From Desulfomonilia bacterium (GTDB lineage Bacteria > Desulfobacterota > Desulfomonilia > UBA1062), in NCBI GenBank assembly GCA_963664325.2, contig CAXXDQ010000002.1:224001-288000 (forward strand): 64,000 bases of DNA, read 5' to 3'. Positions within the stretch are counted from its first letter, which is position 1. Each line of letters begins with the position of its first letter. The translations under genes were made by a program, and so were the position numbers. Positions 1 through 10,077 of this stretch are shown in pieces. Under the pieces are notes generated by a model, which did not search any database, was not told the DNA's origin, and saw only the letters and a list, made by a program, of their open reading frames with translations.

Positions 1-927
1 CAGGACGAAGCACTGATGGCAATCTACATCCCGGACCAGGGCAAACCTTTCGTCACCCTTGGCGCGCCTGGTTTTGTAGGCCAGACAACCGGACTTAACA
101 TTAACGGCCTGTCAATGGGTGTGGATGTTGTCTTCGGCGGAGCGACCAGAGAAACACCCGGCCTCGGATGTCTGCTTGTAATCAGGGATATAGTTCAGAA
201 CTGCTCAAACCTTGATGAAGCGGTTGAAAGGATGAAGTCACAGAACAGGGGAGTATCCTGGGTTTATGTTATAGCTGATGATGAGAAGAGCTATAAATAT
301 ACAAACGGGATTGTCGTCGAGGAAGGGATGGCATTTGATAAAAATAAAAAGGAATTTAACGGCCCTGACATATTACCGCAGTTTATCCAGAACTCAATGG
401 CGGACCTGATCAGCAAACTGCCTGAGGAAAAACCGGAGAGAGGGGTTATCACAAGGCCTCAGAACTGGGTATATCCTGCTGAATTTATAGGTGTTGATAA
501 ATTTCCGCCGCAGATAGAGGAATATGACGATGTTGTGATTGCTGCAAACCATTATATTCACCCGAGGATGGTCTTCACTACATTTTCTCTATGGATGCAG
601 TTTCTTCAGAAGAATTACTGGAAAACTTCAAGAACACTTGACAGGTATGCAGATCTCGAAAAAAGAATTCATGATGTGTATGGGAAAATTGACTTTGAGA
701 CAGCACGTTATCTTATCGATTTCATGAACCCTAACAGAGAAGAAGATTCAAAAAATAACGGTTATGAAGGGTGGACAAGATATACGGTCAATGGCGAGAT
801 TCAGGGCTTTCACGCCTTGTACGACAATCAGGATCTGATAATGGAATGCCTCTATGGATATTACAAGCCTGATGAGCCGTGGGTCAGGATCGACCTTAAA
901 CCATTCGCTGATATTGCCGATCAATGA
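1..927 (+). CDS. C45-family (Ntn-hydrolase, acyl-CoA:6-APA acyltransferase-like) protein, 5'-truncated by window edge
   Basis: Frame is open from base 1 (CAG GAC GAA GCA CTG ATG). Motifs 'PGFVGQTTGLNINGL', 'LVIRDIVQNCSNLDEAV', 'AANHY' and 'RY..L' are typical of the C45 family. Confidence 0.65.
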   Translation, partial: QDEALMAIYIPDQGKPFVTLGAPGFVGQTTGLNINGLSMGVDVVFGGATRETPGLGCLLVIRDIVQNCSNLDEAVERMKSQNRGVSWVYVIADDEKSYKYTNGIVVEEGMAFDKNKKEFNGPDILPQFIQNSMADLISKLPEEKPERGVITRPQNWVYPAEFIGVDKFPPQIEEYDDVVIAANHYIHPRMVFTTFSLWMQFLQKNYWKTSRTLDRYADLEKRIHDVYGKIDFETARYLIDFMNPNREEDSKNNGYEGWTRYTVNGEIQGFHALYDNQDLIMECLYGYYKPDEPWVRIDLKPFADIADQ

Positions 928-964
928 GCATTGTCTGGATTTCAGATCAGTGAAGAATCCGAGA

Positions 965-1465
965 TCAATAGATTTTCAGCCGGAGTTCTTTGCTTGAGGG
1001 TCCTTCATTCAAAGCCGCGGCTTTGATGGACAGTCTTTCAAGGTCTTTTGATTTGGCCGATTTGAACCAGTGCTTTTTCACATATCCGTTTTTGTCAAGC
1101 AGCATGACCCTGAACGACTTGCTGTTATTGCGTATGGATGCTGCTGTTGCCAAATCTGTGTGAAAGCCGGAATCATTTTCCTTAACCGGACATGAAACAA
1201 CAGTAATGATGTTGGAATCGGTTAAAGCCAGTTTCTTGATTTCGTCATATTGTTTTTTGAAATCAGTGTTATTCATATCCGGCGTTTCAATAAGCAGCAG
1301 CATGGGCTGCTTGTCTGCATCATCAAGTATGTCGGCATATTCAATCAATTTTGTTGATCTGTAAGCATTCCCCTCCTGATCCATGAACGTGAAGTCAACC
1401 ATGTCAGGTACTGGTTCATTAGGTGTCGACATCAATAATATTGCCGCTACAATAAGTATGACCAT
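965..1465 (-). CDS. Hypothetical membrane-anchored protein, possible thioredoxin-like (DUF4174-like) fold without CxxC
   Basis: Hydrophobic N-terminus. 'DFTFMDQEG' and 'FRVMLLDKNGYVK' resemble redoxin-fold strands. Confidence 0.5.
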   Translation of the reverse strand: MVILIVAAILLMSTPNEPVPDMVDFTFMDQEGNAYRSTKLIEYADILDDADKQPMLLLIETPDMNNTDFKKQYDEIKKLALTDSNIITVVSCPVKENDSGFHTDLATAASIRNNSKSFRVMLLDKNGYVKKHWFKSAKSKDLERLSIKAAALNEGPSSKELRLKIY

Positions 1466-1594
1466 GATTTTTGTTCTTGCCCCCGATTTTGCATAAGACT
1501 TTATTGCAAATATGACTTGATTTCAAGCAGGTTTTAAAAATCACGGATGGCAAAATTGCTTTTGTTGATGTAAAATTCTTCCGAGGTAAAAATT

Positions 1595-2554
1595 ATGTGG
1601 ACTTTTGATTACATCAGACAATCATGCAGGTTCGTAGCCGAGAACGCTGAATTTGTGCATATCAGGCAGGATATAATTGATGATTACGCGGAGAAGCTCG
1701 CGAGTGTCAAGCCCGATAAACCGCATATGGATGCTGCATGCCATTATATAGGGCATGGAGATGATACGGCTGCTTATCTGGTTATATTGAATTCAATAAA
1801 TTTCGGTTCCGGTTATTTCCCCTATTTAAAAAAGAGGCCTGACATGTCCGGATATTATACGATTGCATCTGGATTGAATGATTATTTTAAAAAAATCCCG
1901 CTAACGGCAAGGGATTTGACAAATATATCATCTGAGGATTGTGCGGCAATATTGGGACAGGAAAAGGGTAATCGTGTCGTGCACGAGTTAATGGAGCTTT
2001 ATGCAACTTCACTCAGGGATCTCGGGAATTATATTGTAACTCATTATGATTCAAGTTTCCTTAATTTGATTGAAAAATCAGGGGCGTCCTCCGAGAAGCT
2101 TGTTGAAATCCTATCAGCCATGCCATTTTTCAAAGATACAGCTGAATACAAAGGCATCCAGGTTGCTTTTTTCAAAAGGGCTCAGATACTCTCGCTTGAT
2201 CTTAATATAGCCTTTAACGGCCAGGGAATTGGCAGGTTCGACGATCTGGATAAGCTGACAATGTTTGCAGACAACCTTGTGCCTCATGTGCTCAGAGTTG
2301 ACGGGATTCTGGAATATGAAGACAACCTGGCGTCGAGAATTGACAATTCTGAACTAATCTCACCGGGTTCTCCTGAAGAAATTGAAATTAGGGCGTGCGC
2401 AGTTGATGCCGTTGAAAGAATTTCTCAGACAATGGGAGGTTATTCGAAAGGTGCATCTCCCGCAATTGTTGATAATATTCTCTGGCACAGGGGGCAACAG
2501 CCCTATTATAAGAAATTAAAGCCAAGACACAGAACGCGTACGGTATTTTACTGA
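1595..2554 (+). CDS. Queuosine salvage protein (DUF2419 / Qng1 queuosine-5'-phosphate N-glycosylase family)
   Basis: Family motifs 'NSINFGSG', 'FFKRAQIL', 'LTMFADNLVPHVL', 'EIEIRA', 'DNILW' and C-terminal 'HRTRTVFY'. GAGG RBS upstream. Confidence 0.85.
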   Translation: MWTFDYIRQSCRFVAENAEFVHIRQDIIDDYAEKLASVKPDKPHMDAACHYIGHGDDTAAYLVILNSINFGSGYFPYLKKRPDMSGYYTIASGLNDYFKKIPLTARDLTNISSEDCAAILGQEKGNRVVHELMELYATSLRDLGNYIVTHYDSSFLNLIEKSGASSEKLVEILSAMPFFKDTAEYKGIQVAFFKRAQILSLDLNIAFNGQGIGRFDDLDKLTMFADNLVPHVLRVDGILEYEDNLASRIDNSELISPGSPEEIEIRACAVDAVERISQTMGGYSKGASPAIVDNILWHRGQQPYYKKLKPRHRTRTVFY

Positions 2555-2583
2555 TTTTGATAATGTTATGATGATATGAATAT

Positions 2584-4083
2584 ATGAGTTACAAAAAAAT
2601 CCTGTTTTTCTTAATATGTTATTTTACATTTTCAGGACAGATGCTGGCATCCGAGAAAATTCTTACTGTCGGCATATGCGGACCAAAACCCGATAACAAC
2701 AGGTTTTTTTCATATATAACCGATGCCGAAAAAATTATAGCAGGAACGGTTTTCAACTCACTTTTCAAATATTCTCCCGTCAATCCAAATTCGGTTGAAC
2801 CGGAACTCGCTGAAAGCATACCGAAACCCAGAATGTCTGGCGGCAAGCAGAACTGGACATTTACAATCCGGAAAGGTGTAATGTTTCACGACTTGCCTAG
2901 CTGCAGGGATTATGAACTTGAAGCAGATGATGTTGCATATTCCATAAACTTGCTTGCCGGTCAGGATAACGGTAAATTTCCTTCAGGTATACAGGTGCGT
3001 ATTGAATCGCGAAACAGGATCACCCTTATCCTTGACAGGCCTTTATCACCGAACCTGTTTTTACCAAAACTGACAGGGTACAACGGACTTTATATCATAA
3101 GCAGGAAAATCCTGGAAGAAGAGGGCCTGATTTCAGGGACTGGCCCGTTTATGTTTGTCTCCTGGACTGCAGATAATTGCATCGATCTGACGGCAAACAA
3201 ATCTTATTTTATGGGAATGCCAGATATTGATTGCGTCAGATTCGTTTTCAGCTCGGATATGTTGAGAATGGAACAGGACTTGTTTAGCGGTGATCTGGAT
3301 GTATTGATACCCCCGAAAGGCTATTGCAAACCGGTTAAAAATGATGAGAACCTCAAATATTTTTATTTTTACAGCGGCCGTTTTATATATCTTGGATTCA
3401 ACCCGCAAACCGTGCCTTTTAATGATGTGGAACTCAGAAAGCTAATAGCGATAAATATTGACAGAGATGCAATATGCTCCCAGATGGATGGATGCGAGAG
3501 GCTGTACGGACTGGCTCCCCAGGAGACTCCGGAGGGCATGACCCGGGATGAAATTAAGAAGCTTGGTCTTGATTACGGATACCAGGAAGGTTTAAAAAAA
3601 TATCTGCCTGTTCGGGCAGGAAAAACTGTAGATAATACGGTTGATTTCTGTACGAACGATAAGACCGTTCCGAAAGAAATACTCAGCTCGATCCAGCACT
3701 CATTGGCGGATATGGGACTCGAAACAGCCACAGGTGATTCTGCAAGCAACATTCAAACATGCATGGAGAACTCTTCCGGACTGAAACTGTTGTCAATTGG
3801 CGTTCCCGAAAATATCCAGGCGCTGCTGGACGTCTTAATAGCCAGCGGAGCAATTGAGAAAAAATATAAATATCTGATTGAAGCTTTTATGAAAGAAACC
3901 TCGAACAATAAACAGGGTGAGATATTAAAACATGCTCAAATGAAGATTCTATCGGATCTCAATATCCTGCCGCTTTTATTCTTAAGGGAATCTATTATGT
4001 CCGGTAAAAGAATTCGTCTGGGATACGATTGCAGCCGGCAGCCGTTTTTCACGGTCACTGAAAAAACGGGGTTTGTCGATTGA
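2584..4083 (+). CDS. ABC transporter substrate-binding protein, family 5 (divergent)
   Basis: Signal peptide. 'PELAES', 'WTFTIRKGVMFHD', 'ADDVAYS', 'GTGPF' and 'PFNDVELRK.IA.NIDRDAI'. Confidence 0.75.
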   Translation: MSYKKILFFLICYFTFSGQMLASEKILTVGICGPKPDNNRFFSYITDAEKIIAGTVFNSLFKYSPVNPNSVEPELAESIPKPRMSGGKQNWTFTIRKGVMFHDLPSCRDYELEADDVAYSINLLAGQDNGKFPSGIQVRIESRNRITLILDRPLSPNLFLPKLTGYNGLYIISRKILEEEGLISGTGPFMFVSWTADNCIDLTANKSYFMGMPDIDCVRFVFSSDMLRMEQDLFSGDLDVLIPPKGYCKPVKNDENLKYFYFYSGRFIYLGFNPQTVPFNDVELRKLIAINIDRDAICSQMDGCERLYGLAPQETPEGMTRDEIKKLGLDYGYQEGLKKYLPVRAGKTVDNTVDFCTNDKTVPKEILSSIQHSLADMGLETATGDSASNIQTCMENSSGLKLLSIGVPENIQALLDVLIASGAIEKKYKYLIEAFMKETSNNKQGEILKHAQMKILSDLNILPLLFLRESIMSGKRIRLGYDCSRQPFFTVTEKTGFVD

Positions 4084-4188
4084 ATCAACCAACAACCTAG
4101 GGCAGAGGTTATGGACGTGCCAATAAAAGTATGATAGCTGCATAACTTGAAAGTAACCATAATAACCTATTCTAGTAAGGAGGAAACC

Positions 4189-4935
4189 ATGAAAGTCTTT
4201 AGATCGTTTTTATTAATAGTTCTGGCAGGCTTAATAATTTCCGGTCCCGCATTTTCAGCTGAGCTGTTAAAAGTCACAGTGTTCACCGATGCCACATGGC
4301 CGCCGATGGAAATGGTTGACAAGAACAAGAATATTGTCGGGTTTGAAATTGATCTTTTCAATGCAATAGCAAAAGAAGCCGGTTTTAAGGCTGAATATAA
4401 AAATACCGCATGGGATGGAATTTTTGCTGCAATGAAGGGGAACAAATACCCTAATGCATGTGCTTTATCTTCGATTACAATTACCGAAGAAAGGAAAAAA
4501 ACTTATGATTTTTCCGACCCGTACATTACCGTAAACCAGGTCCTGGTGGTTCCCAAGACTCAGAAAGTTCAAACCATGGAAGACATGAAAGGGAAAAAAA
4601 TAGGAGCCCAGATAAGTACAACCGGGGCCATGGAATCAAAAAAGTATACGGATGTCATTACAAAGACATATGATGAAATCGGACTTGCATTTGCAGACAT
4701 GGCAGCCGGAAGGATCGACGGTGTCATATGTGACACACCTGTAGCAAGGGATTATGCACTTCATAAATCAGAGTACAAGGACAAGCTGAAAATTGGACTG
4801 GAAATTCCAACCAAAGAGCAGCTTGGCATCATGACCAAAAAGGGTGACAAGAAGATTCTTGACCTTATCAATAAAGGACTCAGGGCAGTAAAAGCCAAGG
4901 GTACAGACAAGCTGATTGAAAAGAAGTGGCTGTAA
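4189..4935 (+). CDS. Polar/basic amino-acid ABC transporter substrate-binding protein (family 3)
   Basis: ATG at 4189 after AAGGAGG. Signal peptide, 'DATWPPME', 'GFEIDL', 'AWDGIF' and 'ITEERKK.YDFSDPY'. Confidence 0.9.
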   Translation: MKVFRSFLLIVLAGLIISGPAFSAELLKVTVFTDATWPPMEMVDKNKNIVGFEIDLFNAIAKEAGFKAEYKNTAWDGIFAAMKGNKYPNACALSSITITEERKKTYDFSDPYITVNQVLVVPKTQKVQTMEDMKGKKIGAQISTTGAMESKKYTDVITKTYDEIGLAFADMAAGRIDGVICDTPVARDYALHKSEYKDKLKIGLEIPTKEQLGIMTKKGDKKILDLINKGLRAVKAKGTDKLIEKKWL

Positions 4936-5729
4936 ACTCTGATCATTCAAAGGGTCATCCCGTTCAGGTAATCGAAGTAGGGGATGGCGTAGCCATCCCC
5001 GTCAAATCAGACACGGGATTGTTCACAGCCTGGAGAATCTCGTTTTTCGGTGCTATTGCCGCCTTTATAGCCCTGATTGTTTTTAAACCCGATCCATACC
5101 TGAGCATAATCAAGTTTGTTCCTGACGGCATTCTTATAACATTTCAGGTTACCGTTGAATCGATTCTTCTGGCGCTTGTGATAGGGCTCTTTACCGGGCT
5201 GGGCAGAATCTCTAAAAACAGATATGTCAATGGCGTCGCATCGCTCTATGTTGAGATTATCAGGGGTATCCCGCTTTTAGTTCAGCTTTTTTACATCTAT
5301 TACGCCCTGGCCAAGTTCGTCAATATTCCGGATATGTTGAGCGCTGTTATTGCAATGGCTGTCTGTTACGGGGCATACATGGGGGAGGTGTTCAGGGCCG
5401 GGATTCAGGCGATTTCAAAAGGTCAGATGGAAGCGGCGCGTTCGCTGGGCATGACATCATCACAGGCAATGATACATGTAATTCTTCCCCAGGCAGTGAG
5501 GACGATCCTGCCGCCGGTCGGCAATGAATTCGTGGCGCTGTTAAAGGATTCGTCGCTGGTTTCAATCCTTGCCGTATCCGACCTGCTCAGAAGGGGCAGG
5601 GAGTATGCATCTGAGACATTCACCTATTTCGAGACTTATACTGTTATAGCTCTGGTTTATCTTATTATTACGCTGTTTTTCTCTAAACTCATAAGCATCA
5701 TGGAGGAAAGGGTAAATGCCGGAAAATAA
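4926..5729 (+). CDS. Amino-acid ABC transporter permease (HisM/GlnP family)
   Basis: '[15 protein letters not shown]' and EAA motif '[10 protein letters not shown]'. Start codon uncertain. Confidence 0.9.
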   Translation: MAVNSDHSKGHPVQVIEVGDGVAIPVKSDTGLFTAWRISFFGAIAAFIALIVFKPDPYLSIIKFVPDGILITFQVTVESILLALVIGLFTGLGRISKNRYVNGVASLYVEIIRGIPLLVQLFYIYYALAKFVNIPDMLSAVIAMAVCYGAYMGEVFRAGIQAISKGQMEAARSLGMTSSQAMIHVILPQAVRTILPPVGNEFVALLKDSSLVSILAVSDLLRRGREYASETFTYFETYTVIALVYLIITLFFSKLISIMEERVNAGK

Positions 5730-6462
5730 CAGGCGCAAAATGGTGGAAATAAAGAATGTGAGCAAGTTCTTCGGTACGCTCAAGGCGCTTGATAACGTAT
5801 CGATTGATGTTTACGACGGTGAGAAGGTTGTTATTATAGGTCCCAGCGGGAGCGGAAAGAGCACGCTGCTCAGGTCGATCAACAAGCTGGAAATGATAGA
5901 CAGAGGCAGTATTACAGTCGATGGATATGATTTGTACGATAAAAAAACAGATATAAATAAAGTCAGGGAGGAGGTTGGAATGGTGTTCCAGGCATTTAAC
6001 GTTTTTCCGCACAAGACCGTTATCGAAAACCTGACTCTGGCTCAGACTGTAGTAAGAAAACGCTCGAAGGAAGATGCAAAAAAAAATGCAGTTGAACTGC
6101 TTGGCAAGGTGGGTATTCTCGAAAAAGCCGATATATATCCCGCCAAACTTTCAGGCGGTCAGCAGCAGAGGGTTGCCATAGCAAGGGCTCTTGCAATGCA
6201 GCCGAAGCTTATGCTTTTCGATGAACCGACATCCGCATTAGACCCCGAAATGATAGGTGAAGTTTTAGATGTTATGGTTAGGCTGGCCAGGGAAGGTATG
6301 ACAATGATCGTCGTCACTCATGAGATGGGTTTTGCCCGTGAAGTTGCAGACAGGGTCGTATTCATGGACGAAGGAAAAATACTTGAAGAAGGTAGTCCCG
6401 AACACTTTTTTAAAAATCCTGAACATGAGAGGGCAAAACAGTTTCTGAGCCAGATTCTTTAA
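5716..6462 (+). CDS. Amino-acid ABC transporter ATP-binding protein (GlnQ family)
   Basis: Walker A GPSGSGKS, signature LSGGQQQR, '[12 protein letters not shown]', 'VTHEMGFA'. Confidence 0.93.
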   Translation: MPENNRRKMVEIKNVSKFFGTLKALDNVSIDVYDGEKVVIIGPSGSGKSTLLRSINKLEMIDRGSITVDGYDLYDKKTDINKVREEVGMVFQAFNVFPHKTVIENLTLAQTVVRKRSKEDAKKNAVELLGKVGILEKADIYPAKLSGGQQQRVAIARALAMQPKLMLFDEPTSALDPEMIGEVLDVMVRLAREGMTMIVVTHEMGFAREVADRVVFMDEGKILEEGSPEHFFKNPEHERAKQFLSQIL

Positions 6463-6474
6463 GGCCCAAACCGA

Positions 6475-6505
6475 TTGACAACTATTTAATCTCTATGTAA
6501 AGACT
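6475..6505 (+). promoter_or_regulatory. Putative sigma70 promoter of tRNA-Thr
   Basis: Perfect TTGACA at 6475-6480. A weak -10-like TAAAGA follows 17 nt later, just upstream of the tRNA. Confidence 0.4.
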
Positions 6506-6513
6506 CAACGCAT

Positions 6514-6585
6514 GCCAGCGTAGCTCAGTGGTAGAGCAGCTGATTCGTAATCAGCAGGTCAAGGGTTCAACCCCCTTCGCTGGCT
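6514..6585 (+). tRNA. tRNA-Thr (anticodon CGT); CCA not encoded
   Basis: GCCAGCG/CGCTGGC acceptor stem, D-arm TAGCTCAGTGGTAGAGC, anticodon arm GCTGA-TTCGTAA-TCAGC, T-arm AAGGG-TTCAACC-CCCTT. Followed by TCA rather than CCA. Confidence 0.95.
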
Positions 6586-6624
6586 TCAGTTCTTATTCGA
6601 TACAGGTTGTATCCGGAGGTGGAT

Positions 6625-7110
6625 ATGCAGGGAGAAAGTAAAAAATCTTTGTTCAATCCAATAATAGTAATGTCGATAATTATTTTCATCGTGGGATTCG
6701 GCCTGGGTTTCTATATCTGGGGCTATAATAAGGCTGAAAAAAAGGATTACAAGGAAATGCTTAGGGATGCAATCAGCTATATTGACAGCATGGAACGCTT
6801 AAATTCTGACATGTCCAAGGAGATTGATGGACTTAAAAAGGATAACAGCATGCTGAAAAGTCCTTCAAATGCTCAGCTTGTCGGTCTCCAGTCAAAGATT
6901 CTTTCGCTTCAGAACGAAAATGCAAACCTGAGGGCAATGGCCGGTCAAAGCCAATATCTTATACAGGAAAATGCCAGGCTCAATACAGAAATTCAAATGC
7001 TCAGATCCAGGCTTGGATCTTCATCAATGCCGGACATGCAGCAGGTTGCGCCCCAGCAGGGCATGAACACAATGCCACCGGCTGCGGGTGGACAGAAGGT
7101 TAAGCCGTAG
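6625..7110 (+). CDS. Hypothetical single-pass membrane protein with coiled coil and Gln/Pro/Met-rich tail
   Basis: ATG at 6625 after GGAGG. One transmembrane helix, then heptad-like coiled coil. Confidence 0.7.
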   Translation: MQGESKKSLFNPIIVMSIIIFIVGFGLGFYIWGYNKAEKKDYKEMLRDAISYIDSMERLNSDMSKEIDGLKKDNSMLKSPSNAQLVGLQSKILSLQNENANLRAMAGQSQYLIQENARLNTEIQMLRSRLGSSSMPDMQQVAPQQGMNTMPPAAGGQKVKP

Positions 7111-7112
7111 AA

Positions 7113-8571
7113 TTAGTACTGGTCGATTATTTTAACAAATGATTCCGCAAGATACGGATCGAACTGAGTACCTTTACACCGTTTTATTTCAAGGATCGCC
7201 TGTTTTGTGCTTAGTGCAACCCTGTATGGTCTTTCAGAAGTCATTGCGTCAAACGTGTCAGCCAGGGCAATAATTCTTGAGAGCAGCGGAATATCATTAC
7301 CTTTAATTCCTGACGGATATCCTTTTCCATCATAACGCTCATGATGGTGTCTGATTATTTCAGTCTCACGCTGCATTATGGATATTGATTTTAGAATATC
7401 GGCACCGATATCAGGGTGCTTTTTGATTACAGAAAATTCTTCCTGTGTTAAAGGGCCGGGTTTCAAAAGTATGCTGTCTGGAATTCCGACCTTCCCTATA
7501 TCATGCAGTTTGGATGAAACATAGAGAATATCCCGGTCTATCTCATCCAGACCGAGATGATCAGCCTGCATTATAGCAAGGGATGTCACTCTGGTTGAAT
7601 GCTGAGATGTATAAGGGTCTCTGGCATCCATGATTTTTGCCATACTGTAGAGCGTTGAGAGTGTGTTTTCATATAGTTCCTGATAAAGAACCACGTTTTC
7701 CATCCGTTCTGCAGTTCTCTGAAGCAGGTATAGTATCTTGTGTTCATTATCTGTTGTAAGGACAACACTGGTTTTGATACTCAAGATTCCGAATATCTGG
7801 CTTTCAATTATGAGCGGGAAAAACGTATTTATGCCTTTAGTGTTTTCCCATATGCATTCTTTTCTTGAAACATGTCCTTTCAGGAAATTATCATCAAAAA
7901 TAATATTTCCTTCAGATGTGGCAAGGGATCCGTCATATTGGGTTACTGGGAAAAAGCTGACTTGTGATTCAGGAAATAATTCTCTGGCGAGGTCTATTAT
8001 TGCATTGATTAGCTCATGCACTCCTTTAAGCCGGGTGATTCTGTAGGACATATTTTGAAGAGAATTGATTTCCTGAGATTTGTCTTCTATCTGTTCTGTA
8101 AGATTGTCGATCATGCGGTGGAAATCTAATTCTTCGGAGAAGCGCCGGTTCTCTTCAAGTATGGATTTTTCACGTTTAGCCTTATTTATAATGTATTGGA
8201 TCTGTTTTATTTTGAATGGTTTGGTAATAAAATCTGATGCGCCCTGCTTCATTGCATCAATGGCCATTTCAATAGAGGCATGTCCTGTAATCACTATGAC
8301 AGGCAGGCTCATGTCTTTTTCCTTAATTTTCTTAATGAGTTCAATGCCAGTCATGTTGGGCATCATTGATATCGGTCAGTACACATAACAGCGGACCTGA
8401 ATCCAAAAGAGCGCATGCCTGTATTCCATCTTCTGCTGTAAGCGTTTCAAAACCCTGTTCAGCCAGTATTGTAGAAAGTGTATCTCTGATTCCAGGATCG
8501 TCATCAACGATCAGAATTCTTTCCTTAATGGCTGTTTCGCTTTCTTCAGCTGGTTCTGTCGTATCAGTCAT
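7113..8571 (-). pseudogene. Response regulator (REC) + HD-GYP c-di-GMP phosphodiesterase, split by a 1-nt frameshift near 8366-8367
   Basis: ORF 8341-8571 encodes the REC N-half ('ILIVDDD...VLTDI'). ORF 7113-8366 continues 'MMPNMTGIEL...ITGH...KPF' plus HD-GYP motifs (HSTRV, LHDIGK, HHERYDGKGYP). Removing one base gives the canonical 'TDIMMP'. Confidence 0.8.
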
Positions 8572-8655
8572 GATTTAAAACCTTCTTTCCAAGTTATATT
8601 TCTAATCAGGCAAGCAAACTATTTATCGAAAGGAAATTGAATAAACTTTAATAAT

Positions 8656-9663
8656 TTATTGGTTTTTAAGGGATTTTAGGTGTTCTATTCCTAGACTGTG
8701 CTCGCTGAAGGTTCGTGAGAAGAGGTGACGGCCGTTGCCTCTTGATACAAAGAATAGATATCTGGAATCTTCAGGCCAAAGAGCCGCTTTAATGGAACTT
8801 TTACTCGGACTGCAAATCGGCCCAGGCGGAAGTCCTGGATACAGATAAGTATTGTAGGGGGTATCCCTCCTCAGGTCATCAGGCTCGATCTCCCTTCTGA
8901 AACCCGGAAGTCCGTATATGGCAGTGGGATCTGACTGCAGCTTCATTCCCAGGTGGAGTCTGTTGTGGAATACGGAGGAAATGATTGCCTTTTCGTCTTC
9001 GCACTGTGCCTCCTTTTCTATCATTGACGCAAGCGTCAGTACTTGAAGCTCAGTAAAATCTATCTGCTTTGCCCTCAATTTCATTTCAGGAGAATACTTT
9101 TCTTTGAACCTTGTCACCATGCGGTCAATTATTTCATTCGGAGTCATATGCGGTATTATTTCATATGTGTCAGGGTATAGAAATCCCTCCATACTGGGTG
9201 CGTTAACTCCGAATATCTTTGTGGTGTCTTTTGACTTGGCAATTCTGATAAAATCCTCTTTGGAAAAATATATTTTTTCCGATTCAAGCCTTTGTGCAAT
9301 ATCATAAATATTGTATCCTTCTTTTATGGTTAACCTGTATTTGACATAGTCGCCCACGAAGAGCATCTTCAAGATCTCATCAGGATAGTGGTTTCCATCA
9401 AAGCGGTAAGTCCCGGCACGCAGGTTTTTAGCCTTCTGCCTGACCATGGCAAGGGCCATAAACATGGGTGCGTTTGTGACTATATTGTTCTCCTTCAGGG
9501 TCTTGGATATTTCCCAGGCGCTGGTCCCCGGCTTTATCTCGACTGAAATAAGTCTGCCAGGAGAGATGGGCGTATATGAAAACAGTAATATACCTCCGGC
9601 AAGGCCGCATATAAGAACAAACAGAACTGTTATCAATATAATTCTAATTTTTTTCTTTATCAT
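8656..9663 (-). CDS. mltG: Endolytic transglycosylase MltG (YceG family)
   Basis: 'EGFLYPDTY', 'LASMIEKEA', 'VFHNRL..GMKLQSDPT', 'PYNTY.YPGLPPGPI'. ATG at 9663 preferred over the upstream TTG at 9678. Confidence 0.93.
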   Translation of the reverse strand: MIKKKIRIILITVLFVLICGLAGGILLFSYTPISPGRLISVEIKPGTSAWEISKTLKENNIVTNAPMFMALAMVRQKAKNLRAGTYRFDGNHYPDEILKMLFVGDYVKYRLTIKEGYNIYDIAQRLESEKIYFSKEDFIRIAKSKDTTKIFGVNAPSMEGFLYPDTYEIIPHMTPNEIIDRMVTRFKEKYSPEMKLRAKQIDFTELQVLTLASMIEKEAQCEDEKAIISSVFHNRLHLGMKLQSDPTAIYGLPGFRREIEPDDLRRDTPYNTYLYPGLPPGPICSPSKSSIKAALWPEDSRYLFFVSRGNGRHLFSRTFSEHSLGIEHLKSLKNQ

Positions 9664-10075
9664 GATTTTTCGAGTCAATGTAGTTTTGCAAAATTATACT
9701 TGCAGCAAGGGAATCGACAATCCTCTTTCTTTTTTTGTGCTTTATGTTTATGGAGGCAAGCATGTCATGTGCCTCAAATGTTGAAAGCCTTTCATCCCAT
9801 AGATTAACAGGGATTCCAAGTGTTTCTTTCAGTGATGTTGACCATTGGATCACTGCATTGCCTGAAGGCCCAAGTGTTCCGTCCATGTTGTAAGGAAGGC
9901 CGATGACTATCTCTTCAACATTATAGTCGCTGATCAGCTTGATAATGGTTTTATAATGAGAATCATCTGGCCGGACATCGATGATTGATAATGGGACGGA
10001 CATGGTTTTCTCAGGATTGCTTATTGCAATACCAAACCTTTTGACCCCGTAGTCAATTGACATTATGATTCCCAT
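9644..10075 (-). CDS. ruvX: YqgF/RuvX family RNase H-fold nuclease
   Basis: 'IDYGVKRFGIAIS', 'IVIGLP.NMDG', 'WDERLST', 'VDSLAASIILQ'. Confidence 0.92.
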   Translation of the reverse strand: MGIIMSIDYGVKRFGIAISNPEKTMSVPLSIIDVRPDDSHYKTIIKLISDYNVEEIVIGLPYNMDGTLGPSGNAVIQWSTSLKETLGIPVNLWDERLSTFEAHDMLASINIKHKKRKRIVDSLAASIILQNYIDSKNHDKEKN

Positions 10076-10077
10076 AT

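Noticed and set aside
6514-6585. tRNA-Thr as an integration site for an island
   Set aside because: No integrase and no duplicated tRNA 3' end were seen in the window. The flanking genes look chromosomal.
8341-8372. Programmed ribosomal frameshift or phase-variable tract in the REC/HD-GYP gene
   Set aside because: No slippery heptamer, homopolymer or short tandem repeat at the junction.
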